The notes beneath the pieces were generated by a model, which did no database searches, was not told the origin of the DNA, and worked only from the letters and a program-made list of their open reading frames with translations. DNA of 64,000 bases, from NCBI GenBank assembly GCA_934102055.1, contig CAKOSE010000002.1, positions 35,215 to 99,214 of the forward strand, read 5' to 3'. How positions within the stretch are numbered: the first letter of the stretch is position 1; each line of letters starts with the position of its first letter. Shown here piece after piece: positions 10,383 through 21,824 of this stretch. This DNA is from an uncultured Bacilli bacterium. Its GTDB lineage: Bacteria > Bacillota_I > Bacilli_A > RF39 > UBA660. The translations under genes and the position numbers were made by a program.

Positions 10383-10790
10383 TCATCTTTTATCAATAAA
10401 AAATTGTTTTAACATATCAGAATACTCATAATTCCCTACTACACTCTCAACATTAATATATTCACGATTTTTACTTAAATTATTATTATAATTAGAATTC
10501 AATAAATAAAAAACATTTCTGATACGTGCTTCCGCTAAAGCATTAATACACATCGCGCAAGGCTTTAACGTAACATAAATATCACACTCATTTAAATACC
10601 AAGAATTCAAATATTTACATGCATCAATAATACATAAAATCTCAGCATGATTTACTGCTATATTAGAGGTGTTTTTAGTATTATGAGCTTTAGCAATTAT
10701 AATACCATCCCGTACAATAACAGCACCAACAGGAACATTTCCCTCATTAAAAGCCTTCTCAGCCTCAGAAATAGCAACCTTCATATACAT
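10383..10790 (-). CDS. tadA: tRNA-specific adenosine deaminase
   Basis: 135 aa with CDA zinc motifs HAE and PCAMC. ATG 10790 lies 7 nt after GGAGG. The 47-codon N-terminal extension in the track is the SRP RNA gene read as protein. Confidence 0.88.
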   Translation of the reverse strand: MYMKVAISEAEKAFNEGNVPVGAVIVRDGIIIAKAHNTKNTSNIAVNHAEILCIIDACKYLNSWYLNECDIYVTLKPCAMCINALAEARIRNVFYLLNSNYNNNLSKNREYINVESVVGNYEYSDMLKQFFIDKR

Positions 10791-10803
10791 AATAAAACCT
10801 CCA

Positions 10804-10884
10804 AAAAAAAAGTGCACACACATAGAGGATTTTAAGGCTGCTATCTTCCGATCCTGACCTAGTTCAACCATATGTGTTGCACTA
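10804..10884 (-). ncRNA. ffs: signal recognition particle RNA, minimal (4.5S-like) hairpin form
   Basis: Minus strand GUGCAACACAUAUGGUUGAACUAGGUCAGGAUCGGAAGAUAGCAGCCUUAAAAUCCUCUAUGUGUGUGCAC followed by U9. Domain IV GGUCAGG-AUC-GGAA-GAU-AGCAGCC matches E. coli GGUCAGGUCCGGAAGGAAGCAGCC with a compensatory stem change. The ends pair as a 71-nt hairpin at 10812-10882. Confidence 0.88.
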
Positions 10885-10889
10885 ACAAA

Positions 10890-10919
10890 ATTATATACCA
10901 AAGAACAAATAAATGTCAA
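10890..10919 (-). promoter_or_regulatory. sigma-A type promoter of the SRP RNA
   Basis: Minus strand has TTGACA (10919-10914), an 18-nt spacer, then TATAAT (10895-10890). The hairpin starts about 8 nt downstream. Confidence 0.7.
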
Positions 10920-11027
10920 CATAGATATCACTTTTTTCTAAACTAGCAACAAATTATATATTTATTAACAATTGTAATTTAACAAAAATAAATAAAACTA
11001 AAAGTTAACCATATATTTATAAAAAAA

Positions 11028-11043
11028 TGTTTCACATGAAACT
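11028..11043. promoter_or_regulatory. parS-like site 6 (degenerate)
   Basis: TGTTTCACATGAAACT has two mismatches, one being CG to CA at the central CpG. Flanked by A/T runs. Confidence 0.5.
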
Positions 11044-11151
11044 ATAAAAAACAAAATATTCATCTTTTTTTACGGAAAAAATAGACTTATTAACAATTAG
11101 AAAGTGCTTATAAAAACTTGAATTTACAAATTTTTGAGCAAAAAAAAAGAA

Positions 11152-11167
11152 TGTTTCACGTGAAACA
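11152..11167. promoter_or_regulatory. parS site 7 (perfect), doubling as the gyrA terminator hairpin
   Basis: TGTTTCACGTGAAACA in a 20-bp palindrome (11150-11169) that overlaps the gyrA stop (11168-11170). Followed by CUUUUUUUUU on the minus strand. Confidence 0.85.
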
Positions 11168-13618
11168 TTACTCACTATCAACACTCTCTTCTTCTAAAAC
11201 GTCATCTACTTGCTTAGCTAATACTGTTACAGATGTAACAATTTGTCTATCTTTTAGATGCATCAATCTAACACCTTGAGTATTTCTTCTCAAAGTAGAA
11301 ACATTATTAACATCAAGCCTAATTACAGTACCCTCATCAGTAGTAATGATTATATCCTCATCACCAGAAACTGATTTAAATGCAACAATTAAACCATTCT
11401 TATCAGTAATATTAAGAGCTTTAACACCTTTACTACCACGATGAGTTAAACGATATTCATTAACATCTGTCTTTTTGCCATATCCCTTTTCAGTAACAAC
11501 TAGTATTAGTTCAGAGTTATTAACAATTTCTGCTCCGATTACCTTAGCATCAATTAAATCAATTCCCTTGACACCAGAGGCTCCTCGCCCCATAACACGA
11601 ACATCCGTTTCATTAAATCTAACCATTCTTCCAGCATTAGAAGCAATAATAACTTCATCATTACCACTAGTCTTCTTAACTCCTATTAACTCATCATTAT
11701 CCTTTAAGATAATAGCAATTTTACCATTCTTTCTAATAGAATCAAACTCACTGATATCAGTTCTTTTAACAAGTCCATTAACAGTAAAGAAAATTAAATA
11801 CTTACTTTCATCTTCCTTTTCAACAGGAATAATAGCATTAATAATCTCATCCTTTTCCAAAGGCAAGATATTAACAACAGGAACACCTTTAGATTGCCTG
11901 CTAAACTCAGGTAGCTCATAACATTTAATACGATATACCTTTCCACGATTACTGAAAAATAACAAATAATCATGGCTATAACAATTAACTAACTTTTCAA
12001 CAATATCTTCATCATTAGTAGACATACCCTTAATACCTACTCCACCACGATTTTGACTTCGATAAGTATCAGAATTCAATCTTTTAATATAACCATTTTT
12101 TGTCATAGAAACAATTATATCATCATTAGGTATCAAAGATTCATCCTCTATATAATCAATTGCAGTCATATCAATATTAGTACGACGTTCATCACCATAT
12201 TTATCAGCAATCTCCTTCATTTCACTCTTAATAATTTCATTAACCTTATCCTCACTACCAAGAATACTACGAAGTTCCTCAATTAATTTAAGTGTTTCCG
12301 CCAAATCTCTCTCAATCTTATCCCTTTCAAGACCAGTCAAACGTCTCAATTTAAGTTCCAAAATAGCATCAGCTTGTGTATCACTTATAGCATATAAATT
12401 TTTAAGCCTATCCTTAGCAATTACATCACTCTCACTCTCACGGATAATTTTAATAAAATCATCCAAATGATCAAGAGCAATTTTATAACCCTCTAAAATA
12501 TGTGCTTTTGCAAGAGCCTTATCCAAATCAAACCTAGTTCGACGAATAATAACTTCCTTTTGATGTTCAATATACTTAACAATAATATCTTTAAGACCTA
12601 AAAGCTTTGGAACGCCCTGATCTAACATAAGTAATATAATACCAAAAGTATTTTGAAGTTGAGTATGTTTATATAAATTATTTAACACAACATTAGCATT
12701 AGCATCTTTTTTAAGAGTAATAACAATCTTAACACCAAAATCACTACCATTTTCCTCATGATAATCAGCAATACCATCAAGAATCTTATCTCTTACCAAA
12801 GAAGCAATACGATTCTTCAAATCCATCGTATTAAGTCCATAAGGTATCTCAGAAATTACTATTTTACTTTTATGCCCACTCTCCTCAATAGAAGCCTTAC
12901 ATCTAACAGTAATTGTACCACGACCAGTTTCATAAGCCTTGCGAATACCACTATTACCAAGAATGATAGCACCAGTCGGAAAATCAGGACCCTTAATATG
13001 TTGCATCAATTCATCTAGTGTAATATCATTATTATCAATATAAGCAATACATCCATTAACAACTTCCCTCAAATTATGAGGAGGAATATTAGTAGCCATA
13101 CCAACTGCAATACCCATAGTACCATTAACCAAAATATTAGGAAATCTACTAGGTAAAACAACAGGTTCCTTCTCTTCCTCATCAAAATTTGGAATAAAAT
13201 CAACAGTATTCTTATTTAAATCCCTTAATAATTCCAAACTAATCTTTGACAAACGTGCTTCAGTATAACGCATAGCAGCAGCACCATCGCCATCCATATT
13301 ACCAAAGTTACCATGCCCATCAACAAGCATATAACGATAACTAAAATCCTGAGCCATTCTCACCATTGCTTCGTATATAGAACTATCTCCATGCGGATGA
13401 TATTTTCCCATAACATCCCCAACTATTCTAGCACACTTACGATGACCCTTATCAGGCATATAACCAGAATCAAACATCGAATACAAAATACGACGATGAA
13501 CTGGTTTTAATCCATCACGAAGATCAGGTAAAGCACGAGCCACTATAACACTCATAGAATAGTCCAAAAATGACTTTTTAACTTCATTTACAATATTATT
13601 TTCTTCTAATCTATCCAT
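11168..13618 (-). CDS. gyrA: DNA gyrase subunit A
   Basis: 816 aa. Catalytic-Tyr region [14 protein letters not shown] and a C-terminal beta-pinwheel. Confidence 0.97.
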   Translation of the reverse strand: MDRLEENNIVNEVKKSFLDYSMSVIVARALPDLRDGLKPVHRRILYSMFDSGYMPDKGHRKCARIVGDVMGKYHPHGDSSIYEAMVRMAQDFSYRYMLVDGHGNFGNMDGDGAAAMRYTEARLSKISLELLRDLNKNTVDFIPNFDEEEKEPVVLPSRFPNILVNGTMGIAVGMATNIPPHNLREVVNGCIAYIDNNDITLDELMQHIKGPDFPTGAIILGNSGIRKAYETGRGTITVRCKASIEESGHKSKIVISEIPYGLNTMDLKNRIASLVRDKILDGIADYHEENGSDFGVKIVITLKKDANANVVLNNLYKHTQLQNTFGIILLMLDQGVPKLLGLKDIIVKYIEHQKEVIIRRTRFDLDKALAKAHILEGYKIALDHLDDFIKIIRESESDVIAKDRLKNLYAISDTQADAILELKLRRLTGLERDKIERDLAETLKLIEELRSILGSEDKVNEIIKSEMKEIADKYGDERRTNIDMTAIDYIEDESLIPNDDIIVSMTKNGYIKRLNSDTYRSQNRGGVGIKGMSTNDEDIVEKLVNCYSHDYLLFFSNRGKVYRIKCYELPEFSRQSKGVPVVNILPLEKDEIINAIIPVEKEDESKYLIFFTVNGLVKRTDISEFDSIRKNGKIAIILKDNDELIGVKKTSGNDEVIIASNAGRMVRFNETDVRVMGRGASGVKGIDLIDAKVIGAEIVNNSELILVVTEKGYGKKTDVNEYRLTHRGSKGVKALNITDKNGLIVAFKSVSGDEDIIITTDEGTVIRLDVNNVSTLRRNTQGVRLMHLKDRQIVTSVTVLAKQVDDVLEEESVDSE

Positions 13619-13629
13619 TCTTAAACCTC

Positions 13630-16639
<3,010 letters not shown>

Positions 16640-16755
16640 AACCAAAAATTAAATAAAAAATTCCCCAAATTAGCATCAACTCCCAAAACCAGTACTCCAG
16701 TACTTACTATTACATTATACCATAATAACGCCGTAAAAAAAACGATTTTTACATT

Positions 16756-17211
16756 TTAATCGCTTTTTTTTCCACTTTTTCTACTCTTAGAAATAGTCTC
16801 TAGCATATTACATCTAAAAATCTGATTTTTAATAGAAAAATATGGACAATTAACAACAATAGATTCACCATTAATAAAATTAATTTTAGTTCTCTTACCA
16901 TACTTTTCTACATTTCTTATCTTCTTATAAGAAATCCACGAAACACTAGAAGAATTAATAGCTTCCGTAGGAAAAAATATCAAATCTCTAGTTTCCTCAA
17001 CAATAATTGGAGTCTTATAAATACTACCAAGCATGCTTTTAGAACCAAGTACTCTTCCCTCAAAACTACTACCAAAATATCTACAAGAGTTTTCCATAAT
17101 AGAATAAGGAACATCATTAACAACGTAATCATCATCTACTTCTATTACTCTAGTCTTATCATCATCAAAAGACATAATAGCAAGAGTCTCATCATTAATT
17201 TCATATTTCAT
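16756..17211 (-). CDS. comK: ComK-family competence transcription factor homologue
   Basis: Aligns by eye with B. subtilis ComK: YEINDETLAI/YEVNGATIAV, SCRYFGSSFEGR/SCRFFGSSYAGR, KTPIIVEE..LIFFPT/KPPIMVDP..IFLFPT, WISY/WISH. ATG 17211 follows AGGGGGTG. Confidence 0.8.
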   Translation of the reverse strand: MKYEINDETLAIMSFDDDKTRVIEVDDDYVVNDVPYSIMENSCRYFGSSFEGRVLGSKSMLGSIYKTPIIVEETRDLIFFPTEAINSSSVSWISYKKIRNVEKYGKRTKINFINGESIVVNCPYFSIKNQIFRCNMLETISKSRKSGKKSD

Positions 17212-17324
17212 AGAATTCACCCCCTAAAACAATAAATTTCGCAATAAAAAATATTGCAATTTCTAAATTAACACTTTCACATGTCGAAAAAGATAGAAAT
17301 TTGTAGAAAACAAAAGAAAAAATA

Positions 17325-17360
17325 AAAAATTAGACCTATTTTTATTATGTCTAATTTTTT
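17325..17360. terminator. bidirectional intrinsic terminator downstream of dnaN
   Basis: AAAAATTAGAC, a 13-nt loop, then GTCTAATTTTT. Confidence 0.6.
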
Positions 17361-17403
17361 GTTCTGTATTTTCATAACTAATTAAAAACTTTCTTATAAA
17401 ATA

Positions 17404-17438
17404 AAGAACTTATTAACAATTGTTGTTAATAAGTTCTT
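17404..17438. promoter_or_regulatory. inverted pair of DnaA-box-like 9-mers overlapping the dnaN stop
   Basis: 15-nt arms at 17404-17418 and 17424-17438 contain TTATTAACA (17410-17418) and TGTTAATAA (17424-17432), with a 5-nt spacer. Confidence 0.55.
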
Positions 17439-18544
17439 ATAGGTAATATCAAACATACAAGCTCTTCACTATCATCATTTTTAAGCAAAATAGGTTTAAT
17501 CTCACCAACAAATGTAATAATAACATTACGAGATTTAATAGTACGAAGAGCATCCATCATATACTTAGCACTAAAAGAAATCTTAATATCATTATCACAA
17601 GAAACATTCATTTTCTCCTCAACTTTACCTATTTCAAGAGACATTGAAGTAATCTTAAGAAGATTATTCTTTATTTCCATAGTAATTATATTATTATCAG
17701 TATCATTATTTAAAATACTAGCTCTATCAACCATATTATAAAATTCATTACAATCAAGTTTTAAATCAAAAATAGAATCACTAGGAATTAAATTCTTAGT
17801 ATTAGGATAAGTACCACTAATAAGCCTAGACTGAAATAAAATATCATTAAACTTAAATATAACCTTATTACTAAATAAATGCATTTCAATAACCTCATCA
17901 TCCCCAGAAGACAAAAGTTTCAAAAGTTCATTTAAATTCTTACTAGGAATAATAATATCAATACCATTATTAACACCATTTGTTAATAACTTCTTCCTAA
18001 GAGCAAGCCTATAAGAATCAGTAGCACTACATTCAAGATTATTTCCATCAATCTTAAAATTAACACCAGTTAAAACAACCCTAGCTTCATCCAAAGAACA
18101 AGCATAATTAGTTTGTAAAATCATAGATCTAAACTCATCAATACTTATACTAATAAATTCTGGAGATAAATCTAAATTAATATCAGGATATTCCCTAGCT
18201 TCAATACCATTCAAATTAAACTCACTATTCTCAGTAAAAATTATAATCTTATGATCATCTATAATTTCAATATTAATAAACTCAGAATCAAGTTTTCTAA
18301 TAATATCAAGAATATATTTTCCTTTAATAACTATACTACCAGTATTATCAATAATTAAATTATCCCCCTTAGAAATTACAGTCTGAATAGTAATATCATT
18401 ATCTGAAGCAGTAAGTACTAACCTATCTCTATGTAATTCAAACTTAATACCAGATAAAATAGGAATAATATTCTTTGTAGAAATTGCTTTAGAAACATTA
18501 TTTAAAGCTTCAAGTAAAACTACTCTTTTAATTTTTAATTTCAT
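17426..18544 (-). CDS. dnaN: DNA polymerase III beta sliding clamp
   Basis: 372 aa of three-domain clamp length, N-terminus MKLKIKRVVLLEALNNVSKAIS. dnaA-dnaN synteny. Confidence 0.95.
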   Translation of the reverse strand: MKLKIKRVVLLEALNNVSKAISTKNIIPILSGIKFELHRDRLVLTASDNDITIQTVISKGDNLIIDNTGSIVIKGKYILDIIRKLDSEFINIEIIDDHKIIIFTENSEFNLNGIEAREYPDINLDLSPEFISISIDEFRSMILQTNYACSLDEARVVLTGVNFKIDGNNLECSATDSYRLALRKKLLTNGVNNGIDIIIPSKNLNELLKLLSSGDDEVIEMHLFSNKVIFKFNDILFQSRLISGTYPNTKNLIPSDSIFDLKLDCNEFYNMVDRASILNNDTDNNIITMEIKNNLLKITSMSLEIGKVEEKMNVSCDNDIKISFSAKYMMDALRTIKSRNVIITFVGEIKPILLKNDDSEELVCLILPIRTY

Positions 18545-18687
18545 AAATATACCTTCTTTCTTTTTTTATTATTAATATATTAATTTTATTATTACTGTTA
18601 ATATTGTTAATAAGTCCTAAAAAGCCTTTAATATCAACAGATAATACCAACAATAATTGTTAATAACTATTAACAATTTTAACAATT
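18545..18687 (-). promoter_or_regulatory. oriC part 2 (dnaA-dnaN spacer): tandem DnaA boxes, TAA trios and AT-rich unwinding candidate
   Basis: Minus strand reads TTATTAACA (18613-18605), ATATTAACA (18604-18596), G, then TAA-TAA-TAA (18594-18586), then about 40 nt of almost pure A/T up to the dnaN start. Further boxes at 18658-18666 and 18667-18675. Confidence 0.7.
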
Positions 18688-20058
18688 CTATGTTAATTGC
18701 TTCTCAATATTGTTAATAGCATCATTTAAATCTCTATTAATTTTCATTTCCCTTTCAATCTTATTACAGGCATGAATAACAGTAGCATGATTTTTTCCAG
18801 AAAACTCAATTCCAATTCTTTCAAAAGATTCATCAGTAAGTTTTCTACACAAATACATAGCAACTTGTCTAGGAATAGCAAGGTTTGGAGTCCTTTTCTT
18901 AGATTTCATATCTTCAAAAGAAATATTATAGAAATTAGCAACAATCTTTTGGATACGCCGTATATTATTTTGATCTGTAACAGCGTCTTTTCTAGTAAAA
19001 TCACGTAAAGCTTCCATTGCAAACTCAAGAGAAATATCAGTAACACACATAATCGCAGAATAAGCAACTAATCTAGTAATAGACCCCTCAAGCTGCCTAA
19101 CATCATTACCAATATTCGATGCAATATAAGCAATAACTTCTTCATTAATAAAAATATTTTCACCTTTTAATTTTTTTCTAATAATTGCAATCTTAAGAGA
19201 ATAATCCGGAGGACTAATATCAACTTGTAACCCCCAAGCAAAGCGTGTCCTAAGTCTATCTTCAAGAACTTTCAAATCCTCAGGAGATCTATCCGAGGAA
19301 ACAATAATTTGCTTACTATCATTATATAAGTTATTAAATGTATGAAAAAACTCTTGCTGAGTTTTTTCTGCCCCACCCAAAAACTGAATATCATCAATCA
19401 AAAGAACATCAACATTTCTATATTTATTCTTAAAAAACTCTACATAATCTAGATTATTGCCACTATTTCCTTTTCTAGCAATGCCAGTAAAATCATTCAT
19501 AAAGTCATCACTAGTAACATAAAGAACTCTCTTTTTATATTTATTCTCAATATAATTTCCTATAGCATGCATAAGATGAGTTTTCCCAAGACCACTATTT
19601 CCGTATATAAACAAAGGATTATACATAGTACCAGGATTTTCAGCAACAGCAAGAGCAGCAGCTTGAGCAAATTTATTAGATTCACCAACTACAAAACTCT
19701 CAAAAGTATAATTCTTATTAAGATTAGAAACATGAACACCAACAAAAGAATTATTATCATCAGAAGAATCTTTATCTTGATTTTTATCACTTTCCAAAAA
19801 ATCAGAAACATTCTCCTTAAGTATATATATAATGTTATCAACAGGTTCTGTTAATAACTTATTAAAACTATCAATAATAACATCTCTATAAGTAGAATCT
19901 ATATGAGTTTTATAAAGAAGTAAAGGAACAACAATCCTAATATTGTTCTTATCAATACCAATAAAATCAATAGCCATAAACCAAGTCTGATAAGTAATAG
20001 GGTCAACAATATTACTAATATTATCTAAAACTTTTTGCCACAACAATTTATTGTTCAT
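18688..20058 (-). CDS. dnaA: chromosomal replication initiator DnaA
   Basis: 456 aa. AAA+ motifs GNSGLGKTHL and LLIDDIQFL, plus the C-terminal DnaA-box-binding domain. Confidence 0.97.
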   Translation of the reverse strand: MNNKLLWQKVLDNISNIVDPITYQTWFMAIDFIGIDKNNIRIVVPLLLYKTHIDSTYRDVIIDSFNKLLTEPVDNIIYILKENVSDFLESDKNQDKDSSDDNNSFVGVHVSNLNKNYTFESFVVGESNKFAQAAALAVAENPGTMYNPLFIYGNSGLGKTHLMHAIGNYIENKYKKRVLYVTSDDFMNDFTGIARKGNSGNNLDYVEFFKNKYRNVDVLLIDDIQFLGGAEKTQQEFFHTFNNLYNDSKQIIVSSDRSPEDLKVLEDRLRTRFAWGLQVDISPPDYSLKIAIIRKKLKGENIFINEEVIAYIASNIGNDVRQLEGSITRLVAYSAIMCVTDISLEFAMEALRDFTRKDAVTDQNNIRRIQKIVANFYNISFEDMKSKKRTPNLAIPRQVAMYLCRKLTDESFERIGIEFSGKNHATVIHACNKIEREMKINRDLNDAINNIEKQLT

Positions 20059-20327
20059 AATACCATCTCCCCATTTCTGATAAAAGTTAATAACCTGTAT
20101 TTAATTGTAATACATTTTTATTTTTTTGAAAAGATAAAAAACTTATTAACAGAGTTATTAACATACTTATTAACAAATCTTTTCCTTTGATTACATACTA
20201 TAAAATAGATTTTAACAAATTTCAAGTAAAAAGTTGTTAACAACATTAACAATTGTTAAAAAGAAAATTGTTAATTAACGTTAATATTGTTAATAAGTAT
20301 CATTTTAAACAACAACAAACAAAACTA
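20059..20327. promoter_or_regulatory. oriC part 1: DnaA-box cluster upstream of dnaA
   Basis: Three direct TTATTAACA copies in 12-bp register (20143, 20155, 20167), an inverted copy at 20288-20296, several 1-2 mismatch copies at 20085-20280, and an AT-rich tract at 20101-20140. Strand and composition switch occur here. Confidence 0.75.
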
Positions 20328-20357
20328 TTGACAAACACCCTACTTTTCATATACAAT
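20328..20357 (+). promoter_or_regulatory. sigma-A type promoter of rpmH-rnpA operon
   Basis: TTGACA (20328-20333), spacer, then TACAAT (20352-20357). Confidence 0.6.
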
Positions 20358-20388
20358 AAAACCGATCAATTGATTGGAGGTGCACAAC

Positions 20389-20514
20389 GTGAAAAAAGGA
20401 ACTTTTCAACCAAATAATAGAAGAATGAAGAAAAAACATGGTTTCTTCTCTCGTATGAAATCAGGTATTATTAATTCAAGAAGAAGAAAAGGTAGAAAAA
20501 GATTATCAAAATAA
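20389..20514 (+). CDS. rpmH: 50S ribosomal protein L34
   Basis: Below the ORF-track size cutoff. GTG start lies 8 nt after GGAGG. Translation VKKGTFQPNNRRMKKKHGFFSRMKSGIINSRRRKGRKRLSK matches the L34 pattern. Confidence 0.9.
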   Translation: MKKGTFQPNNRRMKKKHGFFSRMKSGIINSRRRKGRKRLSK

Positions 20515-20556
20515 TAATCCACTAGAAAAAGTGGATTTTTGATTATGGAGGTATCT

Positions 20557-20898
20557 ATGAAAAAACAAAATATAGTTAAAAATTCAAAAGATTTTAATAG
20601 AATAATAAAAAAAAAACAAGGAAAAGCAAGTAAATACTTCATCATAAATAAAGAACAAAATGAAGAAATAACAAAATTTGGAATAACATTTACAAAACAT
20701 ATAGGAAATGCAGTAACAAGAAATAAGCTAAAAAGAAGAATAAAAAATATAATAGATACAAATCCAAAAATATATAATGCAAAAACAACATACATAATCA
20801 TAGCAAAAAAGTCTACTTTAGAATTAACCTATCAAGAATTAGAAAAACAATTGATATATCTTTTTAATAAAATAAAAAACGAGGAGATTAGTAAATGA
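20557..20898 (+). CDS. rnpA: RNase P protein component
   Basis: 113 aa. FGITFTKHIGNAVTRNKLKRRIK is the RNR-type motif. ATG 20557 follows GGAGG; the track start is 20539. Confidence 0.9.
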   Translation: MKKQNIVKNSKDFNRIIKKKQGKASKYFIINKEQNEEITKFGITFTKHIGNAVTRNKLKRRIKNIIDTNPKIYNAKTTYIIIAKKSTLELTYQELEKQLIYLFNKIKNEEISK

Positions 20899-21824
20899 AA
20901 AAAAATAACAAAATATTAAAATTATTATTAATATTTATATTAATGATAACACTAACAGGATGTACTCAAACACTGAAAGACAAAGATGGTAAAATAGTTA
21001 AAAACGAAGAAACAGGACAAACAATAACAGAAAATATAATTTGTAAACCAACAGATGAACAAACAATAAAAATATATGAAGAAAACAAAGTAGATATAAA
21101 AGATTTGCCTGAATGTAATAAAATGAAAGTATATGGAGAATACGAAGGACTTTGGAATTCATTCTTTGTAAGACCTCTAGCATATGCAATAATAAAAATT
21201 GGATCACTAGTAGGCTCAACTGCTATATCAATAATAATTATAACACTAATAATAAGATTAGCACTTTTCCCAATGACAAAGAAAACACTATTACAATCTG
21301 AAAATATGAAAAAAGCACAACCAGAAATTCAAAGAATAGAAAAAAAATATGAAGGGAAAACAGATAATGAATCAATGACAAAAAAAGGACAAGAAATGAT
21401 GATGATTTACAAAAAATATGAGATAAAACCATTATCAGGATGTCTATTTGCATTTATTCAATTACCAATTTTATTAGCATTCTGGGAAGCAATTAATAGA
21501 GTACCCGCAATATTTGAAGAAAAATTTTTAGGATTAAACATGGGAACAACCCCATCTGCAGCAATGGCTGCCGGTGATTGGTATTACATATTTATATGTG
21601 CAATACTAATAATAGTAACATACTTCTCATATAAACTAAATCCATCCATGGCAGGAAATGAACAAATGGCAAAACAACAAAAAATGATGACAACAATAAT
21701 GACGATCTTTATAGGATTTATGTCATTTACATTACCAACAGCTATAGCATTTTACTGGATAACATCATCCTTATTTACAATATTCCAAAACTTTTTAATA
21801 AAAAGGAGGAAGAAACATGAATAA
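20895..21824 (+). CDS. yidC: membrane protein insertase YidC (lipoprotein type)
   Basis: 309 aa. Lipobox LTLTGC and the YidC/Oxa1 core. ATGA overlap with rnpA. Confidence 0.92.
   Translation: MKKNNKILKLLLIFILMITLTGCTQTLKDKDGKIVKNEETGQTITENIICKPTDEQTIKIYEENKVDIKDLPECNKMKVYGEYEGLWNSFFVRPLAYAIIKIGSLVGSTAISIIIITLIIRLALFPMTKKTLLQSENMKKAQPEIQRIEKKYEGKTDNESMTKKGQEMMMIYKKYEIKPLSGCLFAFIQLPILLAFWEAINRVPAIFEEKFLGLNMGTTPSAAMAAGDWYYIFICAILIIVTYFSYKLNPSMAGNEQMAKQQKMMTTIMTIFIGFMSFTLPTAIAFYWITSSLFTIFQNFLIKRRKKHE

Noticed and set aside
9672-10391. Regularly recurring palindromic repeats separated by unique spacers, superficially CRISPR-like
   Set aside because: The repeats are 16-40 bp perfect palindromes of two different kinds with irregular spacing (84-283 bp). 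There are no cas genes and no leader. The sequences match parS and NBS consensus sites exactly.
10791-10931. N-terminal 47 codons of the track tadA ORF
   Set aside because: This stretch is the SRP RNA gene plus its promoter. tadA has its own GGAGG and ATG at 10790.
17281-17287. TGTCGAA string (Spo0A-box consensus) upstream of the comK-like gene
   Set aside because: A single 7-mer hit is expected by chance and is not supportable as a site without more copies or data.
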